A stretch of DNA of 64,000 nt from Tubiluchus corallicola (lineage: Eukaryota > Animalia > Priapulida): NCBI GenBank assembly GCA_030141605.1, contig JAQGDQ010000015.1, positions 124,001 to 188,000 on the forward strand, given 5' to 3'. Below are positions 40,162 through 52,515 of the stretch, piece by piece. The notes beneath the pieces are model-generated. The model ran no database searches, was not told the origin of the DNA, and worked only from the letters and a program-made list of their open reading frames with translations. Every line of letters starts with the position of its first letter. The stretch's first letter is position 1. The translations under genes were made by a program, and so were the position numbers.

Positions 40162-43100
40162 CTACACAAGGTCAAACCTTAACCGTTCCCGTGTGCTGTC
40201 ATGTGACCGACTTCGCGACCTGTACGAACGACTTCGGCTGTCTGATCGACTTCGCGAACGCTTCCGTCTACGATTAGGTGATCTACAACACAAGCAACAA
40301 ATCATACCAAACCGTTAAAATACAACATAGAAAATTCACAAAGTAAGATAAATGTATTCAAGTATTAAATGCCTCAGTTTAGGAAAATGTTTCTCCTAGA
40401 CTCTCTACTGTTACCTGGACCTAGACCTTCCAAGATGGCGCTGACGTGAACCCGATCTTGACCTGCTTCTTGACCTTGAACTTGAGCTCGATGATGAACT
40501 GTAAAGCAAATGAAAAAAATTCAGCGAAAGGGGCAAATATCCCAAATTTAGACGTTCCTAACTCAAAAGCAAGTCTAAATCAACAGTAAATCAAATTACT
40601 GCTTGTGTGACAGGAAATTTTAGTTAACTAGTTATAATAATTATGTAACAAAGTAACTACCTTTATCTAAAACACTGTTGCATGAGTCTGCCAATTTAAT
40701 CCAAATAAAAAGTACCGTGCAACAAAAAAAATACAAGTGAAATAATGAATTAATCACTAATTCATACTCGCTGGTCGAAGAGTAGGAGGAAACTGAGCGT
40801 GACCATGATTTTTGTCTGTCTCTTTCATCACTTTTCTTCTTTACAGTTATATCATTATTGTCATCATCGTCATCTAATTTATACTTTGAAATATCTACGT
40901 TGTCATCCTAAAATAGCAAAATGTGCAACCATCAAGTCATCAACTCACAAAATAGCAACCAGCTTGAAAAAAGTGGACATATTTTTGCATTAGCTCGAAA
41001 AAGACATAAAACCAAAAAGATGGCAGGAATAAACCTTACGGGCACCTATTCACACCAAGGCCAGCGCCAGTATGACAACACTAAACACACACATGGATAA
41101 AGAAGGTAAATGGCTGTACTATTTCTGATAGCAGTTACTACTAGAGCACATATTTGTCTATTTTGCTGCAATGGCAATTTACTGTGTAAATGTTAACATG
41201 TAAAAGTAAAAACGAACAAATGAGGCCCCACTTTTTTAAACTGATTCTCAAGAAAATGAGAAAAGAGCCAGTTTTTTACAGCAGCTTTCATATTGAAGAT
41301 GTGATTCGAAACTCAAGTTATCTTTGCAAATTTTACATCAACATACTACAACACTTGAAAAAATATGCTGATATCTACTTTGTCACACTACAAGTAAACA
41401 AAGCACTTCAAGGTTTAATTAACATGCAATATTCCACAGACAGAGGGGGCAATATTTTTTTTAATAAAAATCCCGAGTCGTGAGGCTTTTATTATGACAG
41501 TGATCATTAACAATCAAATTTTTGCTACCTAATTCCAATTAATGAATGTCATACGGCTTAAATAAAACAAATATTATAAAAATATGTTACAAACTCTGTT
41601 TAATTGCAACCTTATAACCTGATAATTCTGAACAAAACATCTTACATCATCATCACTCTCCAACTTGTATTTGGACAAATCTCCATCTTCTTCGTCCTCC
41701 TCTTCTTCCTCATCAGGTTCTGACGGTTTGGCAATGATAGAGCGCTTTAGTATCTCTTCCTGAACTTCTGCCCGTTTTTGTTTTTTGATTCTCCCAAACT
41801 GCAAGAAAATTGATATTCAGGGTGTTGATGCCCTAACAACTTTTGTCGATCAGTTAAAATTTAAACAGTAAAATTTATATGTACGCCACATTCGAAGAAA
41901 ATTGAAATGGGAACACTAAACAAGTTCTACTGTCAGCAAAAGTAGCACAGATACATAAACAAAAATGTTAAAAGAAAAAAATTCTCAAATTAAACAAATT
42001 CAATTGTTACACTTATTCACTAAGTAATGTAATTTGTTAGTTAATTCCAATAACTTATGTTAATAATGTTTTAACTATGTCACACAAATTGGAAAAGTAA
42101 GAAGAGTCTCACCTAAATTTTGTAACAGATAATAACTGTTGAAATAGCTACATTTCATAGTCACCGCAGAAATTTAAATTTTTCGTTTTACATAGCACTA
42201 CTCAAAACCTGAGCTCTGCATACATTAAGATTACATGTAGAAATTGTAATGCAGATTTTTGAGCTGCATGTGAATTCACTCCTTTTGGACAAGTAACATG
42301 CATTAATATGGCATTATTATTTTTCTAATTAACAACTATTCGTTTTCAAATTTCTAATGCAATTACTGTACCTCATCATACATGTCTTCCTCGTCCGACT
42401 CGTGTCGATTATACTCAACATTTTCTCGTTCGTTAAATCCACCTCCTAAGCCGGTTCTCTCTTCAACCGGGCCAAACTTTGGAGCATTGCATACATTGCA
42501 ATCTTTTCTACGAGCCCAGTTCACATTGCCACACCTAAAAACATTTGTAAAATACTAAACTTCAAAAATTGATGCAATATGGGCAAAAACAGAACATTAA
42601 ACACACATGTTTGTACATATTCATTTAGATCACATGAAAAACAAGTAAATTAATAAGGCACGTAGAGTAAACACTAAAATGCTTTTACAATTATTACCAC
42701 AAGATGGTAGTTAAAGTTATGTGCTTTTGGTGGTTACACAATCATGTACTTTTTTTAACGAGAAACAGGCCATGAGCCCTGCTGGCAGCTTAAGCTTGAA
42801 TCTCTCTATTCACACAGAGTGAGGTATCAAGTGATTCCACATTGTTCAAAAAGTAGTAATACTATTTTAACTAAGCTTATTTTCACAAACCAGCTCTAAA
42901 GTACGCAGGCTTAATAAGAGGTAAAAATAACTAAATTCACCATCTGCTGCCTTAGCTAATTGCTAAGGTTACGAGTGATGCATTATGTCTGCTCTAAAAG
43001 ACCGACAACTAGCTAAAGTGTGTGTAGTAGGTTCCACAGATCTCTTGGACAATACTGTGTAGAGACAACAATGCCACTTCATTATACCACTACACTTTGT

Positions 43101-46100
43101 TGCATTTTCTTTCAAAATTTCCACATAGAAAATATGCCATACAAAGCAATTCACTGTTCTAAATAACTTTGCTTTGGTCTAAATGTTTAAAAATACTTTG
43201 AACATTGCCAATCGTCAGCACTAAAAAGACCACGACTTTTCTCTGCCATGGCTTTCCCGATCTCTATTCCAGCTTTCTTTAGTTTTGGTCCAGCAATTGG
43301 CTTCTCTGTAAGATTCAGAAGTAAGATTCAGACTAATTACAAACAACTACATGCCTGAAAATGTAAATAAAATTAAATCTCATGTATACAAATTTATACA
43401 TGTTACATTAAAAGGCAATAAATTAATGTATAGCACCAAATAAAATTCAACACTATTTTACAGAAGTTTCTTTTATTTTCACAATTAGTTTCTATGCTTA
43501 CAAACTTGTGCGGGACAAAGCAGTTTTAAATATTTAGTTATTGCAAAATAAATGAAGATAATGTCTTCAGCGCATGGTTACGTTACAAAGTGAATGCGAC
43601 CATTTTCAGTAGTGATTATGAATATGATTAAGACAATAATCACCTCAGAGCTCAAGAACATGCTGAAATAGGTGAAATTTTGTACATGTATTACATTTTT
43701 CTGTAAAATTAATGTAAAATTATACAGCTGTTATTAAACATTTATTTAAAATTAAAAAAAAATTAAAGTCATTAAAATCGAAATTAGTAGAAATTAAAAT
43801 CTAGTAACTATAATCCACATTTTTTATTATTGTGAATATAATTTAAACAGCAGTTGAACATGTGATTATCAATAACTGTAACTACTATGATTCTCTCAAA
43901 GTTCTGCAGACTGAAACACGGTCAACATATTAAAGAAAAAAATCAGAAATTCTGAAGGAGGGAAAGGAAAATAAAAAATACAAATAAAAGACAGACTAAA
44001 AAGCCACAGTTACGGCTCTGCCAATGAGGAAACAAATGTAACGTAAAGATAGACTTGAGTAGCATAATGTAAAAATATCAAACACAAGTATTGCCGGGAT
44101 TTCTTACAAAGGGCCATATTCCCAATGTAAACGTCATAACACAATACATAAATACCATTAAGTTACTTCAAACACCAATGATTTTCTGTTCTGTCTGTTT
44201 TAGAAAATGTTTCATTTAGAATTTAGTACATGTCAAACAATAAGGTTATGTATTTTACGTGAAAGATTTTAACCGAAATACATGCATTACTATCAACCAT
44301 TCCCTTAAAGCTTAAAGCAACATTAAAACGAACTCATTAACACATATGTAGCACAAATAGCCTTCTATTATTCAGAGTTACCTGCACCACATCTGTTGCA
44401 TGTTGATCTGCGAGCAAAATTGACATTACCACACCTGCAAAATAGAACTAAAAATTGAGCAAAATGGTAAAGAGAAATTCCTGATTAAAACTTGTTGCCT
44501 GGTTGACTCCACAGCTACCTTTATAAGCAGAAATTATTTGGAATATAGTTAATAGTTGATTTAACAACTTAGATACCAACTTAGTTTTATCTTACCAGTT
44601 CTGCTGTTTTGGCATAACTGTTTTGGCTTAGAATGTAGTAGCAAAATCTAACTTACAAATAACTGAAATCTGCAATCTTGATTCGGATGATATAGACTAG
44701 CAAAGATTAAGATTTTTTTGTATGGGCTAGAAAAAAATGGCTGAATGTACAGGGAGTGCATATCTAATAGACTTTTGCACTCAAATCAAAGATCTCTTGA
44801 AAGGTGAAAGGGTGTATTTGAAACTCAAAAGAACTGAGACCCGTGACATTCGTGCCTGGTAGATGTGGCAGATGTTACATGTTGCATAAAGAAGCATGAG
44901 AAAGTCCAAAGTTTTGACAGGGTTGACTTATAGCTAGTGTTACAAAAATAGCTTTCATACAGAAGCTGGCTCAGAGTCACACAGACAGTGCACTCAGCCA
45001 ATAGTTCAGAGAAATTTTGAATTAGACATACAGTCAAATTCTTTGTCTTTAATGTGAGTTTATGTCACGCTAATATTTAGACATATTTTCATTTACAATT
45101 TCCCATAATAAATAATACTGAAATTAAATAAAAAACAATATTTATAAGGAAACCTCTCAAACTGAAAGACAAAGTATCTTTTTGTACATTAAAAGAATAC
45201 GAAATCTGGTATTATTTCAATATACAATCAAACGTATGAACATCAATACACTAATAACTTGTCTGTTTAAAACTGATATATTTACACACAATAAATTGAT
45301 TATACATAGCCGGTTGAAAGAAAAATGCATGAGCTTAACAACCATGTTATCGAAAATAAACCAGAGAAAAAGTTTTATTGCAAAATTAACATAGAATTCA
45401 AGAATGAAATTACGTGCTGTTCATAAGGTTTGCATGCATCATAAACCATTAAATATATTATAAATTTTTCAATTATTTGCAATGAAAGACTATAGAAACT
45501 TTACAATACAATCACATATTTTCTGTTTAGAAACCTAACTCTACAAAAAGCTTTATCTAAAAAAGGACACTTTTCAGCAGTCTACAAAATGTTTTCTAAA
45601 CAGGAAATTATTATTTAACGTAAAAAGGTAAATCATGTGTAATCAGAAATGCATACAGTTTAAAAATCTTGCAATTAAAATTCAGTACTTTATCAGATTA
45701 ATTTCAACACTTTTCCAAACTGTGATGGAGAAAGGTGGCTTTTAAATGTTTCCTTACCCAATGAGATGAAGGCAGCCCTTTTTAATGGCATTTCAATATG
45801 GTTTTTCAGTGCAACTTTTTTATTTTGTTGGTACATATGATTCAACAGTTCTTTGATTAATCGAATAAAGAACCTTGGATTGGAAGCAGGTTTTGATGGC
45901 AGTTGCTTCGTATATTGATTCAACCAATAAGCAATACGCATGGCACTTGCTTGAATGTTAGCTCTTATAGCTAACAGTGAGTTAATCTGACTATCAACAT
46001 TAATAATGCTGCTTTTAAGGCATACTATGCTTTTCATTCGCTTTTTCAAAGCCACACCTGGATTTAAAACTGAATTGATGCAAGATACGTTGCCTCCTGT

Positions 46101-49100
46101 ATTTTTAGGCCCTTCACTGCCTTTCAAATGTATTTGCAGAGTAGTAGCATTTAGAGCAATACCGCAGTAAACAACGGGACCATTCTCTACGAAGGAAACC
46201 TTTCCAATGTACTTATGGTAATATGGAAAATTTGTTAGCAACTTGTCCAAGGCAATCATGCAGTTGTAATCTTCAAAACCACGTATCATCAATTCAAGAA
46301 AGTAGTGTGCATGAGAAAGTGACGATGTGACAAACAGATAGTCATCTACCTGCCGCATAAGCAACTCCTTTTCATTGTCTATCCAGCTGAAATACTCATT
46401 TTCCATTGCACCGTAATATATATCACAAAGAATGCTAGAAATGATTGATCCTTGACATATTCCATGAAGCTATGTGTAGTATTTGCCACTATGCTTAACA
46501 ATAACATTATCCAAGTGTTTAAAAATGATGTTTTGTAATTCTTCTTTACTAATTAAACGTACTCCATTTGTTAAGCTATAGATACCAGTCCTACCCCTTG
46601 ATTGCTCCTGGTCTACAATGTGAAAAATATCAAACCCAGTCAAACTGTCAGTTACGGTCTGTTTTACCTCCATATGTTCTCCATTTAAACTGAATCGCCT
46701 GTATTCCCAGATAAAGTATTGTTCAGACTGCAAAGTTTTCATCACTATACTATACAGCTTTCTTCTCAACATTGAATCAAAGCATTTAGCAATGTCTGTC
46801 TTCACAACATACAGACGTCTACTGTCTTGTCGCTGTGTGTAATTAGTGTAGAATTCTAGCCAATGCCGATGAATATCATCGAAACCTTGTACTGCAAACT
46901 TACACACCCATGGCTGTCTATTCATTTCATATGTGAGAACAACTTTGACACTTGACAAAAGTTTTGCGACTGGTAACTTATATGCATTACCAAGCTGATC
47001 ATTCGTATTCCAGTTAAAGATCGGACGCAAGGAACTCTTCTTAGGCAAAAATCTCAAATGAGCAACTCCAAGGGCATGCCCAGAAGACAGCAATGCCACA
47101 ACTTCTTCTTCAATAATGTTTCTTAAGTTACTGGAACAATAGTCAGTAACAGCAATCTTACTTATTTCTGTCCACCTTTGTGTTGTATAATAACGAACTT
47201 TGTGAGCCACAGAGCTACAGTCAGTAATGTAGAAACATGATTTCAGTGTAGAAACAACTACATTGTTGAAAAGCCACCAAACCACTCTGGCAATTATAGC
47301 TGCTTTTTCTTCATGCACATCTGCAATTGCATTTAGCCATTTGCAATGATTAACTCTGAATTTCAACATCATCTGTCCAAGTGTCATACTTTGGCCTTTA
47401 TGCATTCTAACAAATTTAGTTGCTGCACGAATAAATACTTTGTGATTATGCTTTGTGCCGAGCAATTTCAGGGGTACCACTTTCCGAATAATGCCGCAAA
47501 TAAACGATGAAACAAATTTGGAGTTCACATGTGCATTCAAAAGATTAATCAAATATGCATTTGACTTTGCTTCGTTCTCATTAGACTCACTGTAAGCAGT
47601 TGGCGTTGTACAAAAATGATTTTCACTGTATGTGTTCACTTCACGATCTGAAGTATGCACTACTATGTTTTCAGCTTCATTATTGTCGATGTTCATGATT
47701 AAATCTACTACATCATCTTTGGCTTTTTCTTCAGCTTTCTCCGGGAAAAGATAAATCTTTTGTTTGAAATAGTGGTTGCAAATACATGCCACATTGCATT
47801 TCCTACAGTTTTTCAACAACTGTGAAAAAAGTTCTATAACTGGTTCGGGTTTGCTTAACAAAAGCAGCTGTAAGTGACTGTCAATAACATGCTGAGGTAC
47901 AACTTTGGCTGTCTGTCTTAAATTTCTGAAGCCTTTGTTCAAATCCACACTGAAAATAGATTTCAAAAGACCAGCAACTGTTTTATCAGGTAGCTCACTA
48001 AACAGTAATGCACGACTTTTACCCACATATTGACCCGTATACATTATGGTGTTCTTTTTAATACTTAAAAAGGGACAGTAAGGTCTAGCAGGAAAAGAAT
48101 CTTGTTCCACAGTTTTAGCTTTTTCAACCTTGTGACAGTTCCATCTTTTGCCACTTCTTCTAGTTTTCTTTTTCACCAAATCAGTGACAGAAGCTGCTTT
48201 TTTCTCTTTTCTCGTATCACATTGTGACAGCACTTTATGTACAGAATTTTCTAAATACTTTCTAGCCCCTTTTCTGAAGATACATTTTCTAGTAGTCTGA
48301 AGACCCTGAATGGAATGCACATTGCCTTTTGCATATTTGGAAAGCTCTTCCTCTGCTTCTCTTCCAGACGTGGAACACTCAACCAAAGATCTTGACATAG
48401 ACATGACATTAACTGAATCGGATCTCCTCCCAAAACTTTTCCAATCAAGCCATTTATAATAAAATGAAGAACCAAAGACCTGTATGTAGCACGATGGTGG
48501 TACACAAATGAATATATCTGCGTACTCCAACAAATGCATCATTAATTGGTCACCTATTTTCTTATGTAATTTTTTCATTGTGGAAGATTTGGCATACGTT
48601 TCAGACATGTTTGTATTCTGATTACCGACATCACTGCCTTGAACAAGCAAGTTTTTCGTACATCGGCGACTGAGCAATCTAGTTATAACAGTGTGCACTA
48701 AATCATTCGTAGTCATTGTCTGTTGCAAACTTATGTTTGTTAAACTGGGAATTGTAGAAACTAAAACAAATAGATGACTTAATAGATCTTTCAGTTTACT
48801 GCAGGTCTTTCCATGGTAAAAATGCTGATCATCAAGTCTTGTGTCTAGATAATGCAAGTACGAAAGAAGTGGCTCAATTCTGTATTGTATAGTCATTGTG
48901 GCATTCTTCCAGTTAACTTTTGTAGTTTACTCTAGTCAGTAGCAGAGTGGAACAGCATTTGAGAAACTAAATTCAGAAAAAAATTAAGTCAATTGAACTT
49001 TTAACACTTTTTGGAAGAGAAAACAGTAGCAAAAAAGTCCCTACTCAGTATCCCATGTCTGAAAACATACTCCAGACAAAAAATATTATTTACCCCCAAA

Positions 49101-50772
49101 TGTTTTCTTACCGGTCCACTTTTAGATTCTTTCGTTGAACCTGTGGCTATGCAGCACTGCACAGCAAAGAACAACAGCTATATGGTAAGTATCAGCAAGT
49201 ATTGAAAATGTCAGACAAGGCCCGCCCATTGGACCGGTTCTATGCGGTATTTCAATGAATAATATTACAGACATAAAAAGTCACCCTGTTAGTATGTTAG
49301 GTCCATATTTACAGATAGGTATGCTGTTATACGTAGACATTGTATTATCTGCTAACAGTGCAAAAATGGTAACAAAGCTGTTGAGAATTTTAGAGAAACA
49401 GAAACGCAAAAAAATGTTGTCATTTAATTAAAAAACAAAGCATGTGACTAATATGACAAAAAAACAAAATACAAAAGAATTAGTACTGAATGTAAAGATT
49501 GGACAAATAAAAACGAATATAAATATCTGGGGGACTGGTTTAACACTAAAAATAATTGTCATCAGATATTTGAAAAAAGAAGCGGGAAAATGAAATTTAT
49601 AATATCTGAGATATTGGCTATTGGTAGTGAAACAAAAGTAAGTTCTTCTGTACCAGCAGTACGTTTAATTATATACAAAAAAAATGGTTGTTCCATCTAT
49701 AACAAATAATAGCAAAACCTGGACTAAGCTCACTCAAACAGAAGTAGATATGTTAGAGAGCATTCAGAGAGACATGTTATGAAAAATCTTGTGCCAAGAA
49801 ACAGAACGCATCCTGGAGAATGCTAGCTGAAATGCAGACATGGGCTATGATATGTAGAATAGAATGTAAAAAATAAATGTACTATCACTTATTATTATAC
49901 AATTTAATGAATTCAAATGATAAAGGTTGGCTAAGCAGGTTTTAAGAGTAAAAATAAGTAACAGTTTTAATAAATATTGGTATTCTGAAATTAAAGATAT
50001 TATGATTAAATACAAAAATGTCCCAAATGTAGTTGATATAAATTCAGTGAAAAAGTCTAAATGGAAGAAATAACTTACATAAAATGTGAAATTAATTTGT
50101 TTAGTAAAATGAGCTTAAAATTAGAACAGAGAACATGAAAAAATTAAGATTTCTAAAAAGCAACAGTTTTCAAAGGCAAGAATATATGTTAAAAATAAAA
50201 TGTTGTTTAAACGAGATAAGAGAAATTACAGCCATAAGGTTAAACATGATTGATTGATCTAAAAGTAAATTTTAAAAATTTGTATAAAGAAGACTTGAAA
50301 TTCTCATTCGTCATTCGTCATTTTCCAAATGATACTACAGAACACATGTTTGAACGTAAGTCAATATACGTTAATAAATGGGGATCATCTATGCAAGATA
50401 TTAGTGATATCCACTATTTATTATTATCCATTTAATATTAGTGATAAATTAAGTTCGATTGTATATCACAGAGCTCACGCAGCTAAAAGTGTAATGAAAG
50501 ACGAGTAAACAGTAGTAGTAATTGTAGGTAGGTGGAAAAGAAGAAATTTATGTGTACAAAATACGTGTTTTTGATCTTGCAAACAGGCACTTTTTATTGA
50601 TGTCAGTTTGCTCGCCGATTTGGTGAAGAGGATCGAGTATATCGTTACGTTACTGCACGTACGCCAGCCAGCTTATTGTTTTGTGGTACACTTACAATGG
50701 ATCAGTACAAATCCAATCTCCATCAGAACCTTTAAAGTTTGGCTTGAAAACTTCTGTAACTTTATCAGCCAT
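40162..50772 (-). CDS. ZRANB2: Zinc finger Ran-binding domain-containing protein 2, 8 exons: 50696..50772, 44382..44434, 43197..43305, 42372..42534, 41646..41798, 40768..40907, 40415..40498, 40162..40282
   Basis: All junctions are GT-AG and in phase. Product: [27 protein letters not shown] (ZnF1), GIEIGKAMAEKSRGLFSADDWQCSKCGNVNWARRKDCNVCNAPK (ZnF2), ERTGLGGGFNERENVEY...YDEFGR, acidic DLSKYKL repeats and a C-terminal RS domain. Confidence 0.93.
45693..48896 (-). CDS. TERT: Telomerase reverse transcriptase, intronless, 1067 codons plus stop, with one internal in-frame TAG at 46470..46472 (functional status uncertain)
   Basis: ORFs 46470..48896 and 45693..46406 share one frame. Motifs in order: GQ (IGDQLMMHLL...CYIQVFG), QFP (RKVVPLKLLGTKHN), T (CFYITD), 1/2 (LRFLPKKSSLRPIFN), A (VVKTDIAKCFDSM), B' (YT*LHGICQGSIISSILCDIYYG), C (LMRQVDDYLFVT), E (YCGIALN), then the C-terminal extension. 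Confidence 0.93.
49200..50430 (+). mobile_element. Decayed non-LTR retrotransposon RT/C-terminal fragment in ZRANB2 intron 1, upstream of TERT
   Basis: Broken frames encode NVRQGPPIGPVL, MLLYVD, EYKYLGDWFN and MIDLKVNFKNLYK; homologous to the 54990..56330 element. Confidence 0.7.
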
Positions 50773-50908
50773 TTTGTCGAGTAACGCTAACCAACGATCA
50801 CCAATCAATTATCGCGGCATCTATTATTCCAAAACATGTTTAACGATTAAGTTCATAGCATAGTTGCAAAACATTTGCTCATAGATTTATATTCATAACA
50901 GTTTATAG

Positions 50909-51261
50909 TAGGGGTGAGCATTCTCTACCAGAAAGCGAATTCGAATCGAACCGAACTTCAGTGTTTCGAACTCGAATTGACTTTGAAAGATTTTCGAAAC
51001 GTTTTCGAACCACCAGTAAAAAGCGGACACAGAAAGACCATGAATATTACTCGATTTTGTTCAGCAGTAAAACTATTAATAATTTGTTTAAAAATTGTCC
51101 AGAGAAATAGCAGTAAATTCTGCTAATTGCGTGATGTTTCAAACGTTTTAACGATAATGAACTTAGGTTGTTGAAGTGCTGAATTATTCGAATCTATAGT
51201 TTTAGGTTCAAATTGAATTTAAATGTTTAAATTCGATTCAAACGTTCAATGCTCATCCATA
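50909..51261. mobile_element. hAT-like MITE just upstream of the ZRANB2 start codon
   Basis: TIRs TAGGGGTGAGCATT ... AATGCTCATCCATA; 8-bp flanks GTTTATAG / GTTTATAA; internal TTCGAA repeats. Confidence 0.65.
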
Positions 51262-52430
51262 GTTTATAAGCCACCTATCAATCTGATCAAATTCAAAAAT
51301 TCAGTGGGCTCACTTCATTCCAGGTGAAAGAACTCAATTCAATTACAAGATGCTAATTATTTTGGTGATTATAGTTAATCACAATACAACAGCATAAAAT
51401 AATACAGACTCGTTAAGCGAGGAAAGTTCAACGAAAAGACTAAAATTAATCCAAAGAATAAGATGCACTCTTAAGTTCTTCATGAAGCCCATTGTTACTA
51501 TTTACGAGCTGTGAGCGATTTTCCGAGTGCAAGAGTTCCCGAATGATATTAGTCACTGAAGATCTTTTGAATAGAAAACTATAATTTAACAGATTCAACA
51601 AAAAAATCAACATGTAGTTTGTGTTATGGGGTTACGTACATCAAGAAAATGCTGAGACATATATGACTGAAGTCTGTCAGTAAACTAGCTATAGTTCTTT
51701 TCATATGTTTCAATATCTGACTAAACGAATCCTTAAAAGTTGTAGTTTAGGTGTACTTATTGTCAAACATATGTTGTTTTCTTTGTTCAAATGCCAGATT
51801 ACAAAATTTAATTTCCCCAGCTTTACTCAACAAGAAATACAACAGCTGCAGCAACAAGAACAACATAACAACAAATGTATGTCCTGTCGAACATTTCATA
51901 GCCTACATGTTTTTCAGAGATGTGCTGACAGTGGAATAGCGAAGATCTGACCCAGATTTTTAGTGACTAAACTGCGGATTTTACTCGAAAATGTAGCATG
52001 GGCTTTTTGTTAATTTCCAATTTATTTACAATGAAATATGACCCAATTTCAATATTTTTTGTTTTGCGGCGTGGTGTATTGGATGTGTTATGATAGGGTG
52101 TACGGCACATACTTGCCTTCAAGTAGTATCGTCTGGTTGGCATGGTATCGTGTACATGCATGGTATGTGGTGTGGATTCTGGTTAATTAAGTGTTTGCAA
52201 GCACAATTATTTAAAAATGAGAAAGTGTATGTTAGCTTCTCATTTTTTGGCAATAAGACGACAATCATCATTCAAACTACGATTTTACATAGATATTGAA
52301 CACCCTATATTCAATAAACTGCAACGGAAAACAAATCTATTGTCAAATTAAATGAAAAATTACATATTTTCTAATCAGTAAAGCATACAATGTTGGCTAT
52401 GTATCTCAAAATGTATCAGTAACAGCGTTA

Positions 52431-52515
52431 ACAATGAACACATACATTGGCAACGTAGTTGACAATGAACAAATACATTGGTAACGTAGTTGACAATGAA
52501 CATAATATTGGTAAC
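52431..52515. repeat. 31-bp minisatellite, about 2.7 copies
   Basis: ACAATGAACA(C/A)ATACATTGG(C/T)AACGTAGTTG repeated. Confidence 0.8.

Noticed and set aside
40768-41798. Duplicated DLSKYKL/DISKYKL acidic motif in ZRANB2 as a novel exon duplication
   Set aside because: As I recall, vertebrate ZRANB2 also has two such motifs, so it is a conserved feature.
45693-48896. Treating the two minus-strand ORFs as separate genes, two exons, or a retroelement RT
   Set aside because: They share one frame, the 63 nt between them encode motif B' so no intron fits, and the GQ, QFP and T motifs are telomerase-specific.
52431-52515. CRISPR-like repeat
   Set aside because: Direct tandem units without unique spacers, in a eukaryotic context.
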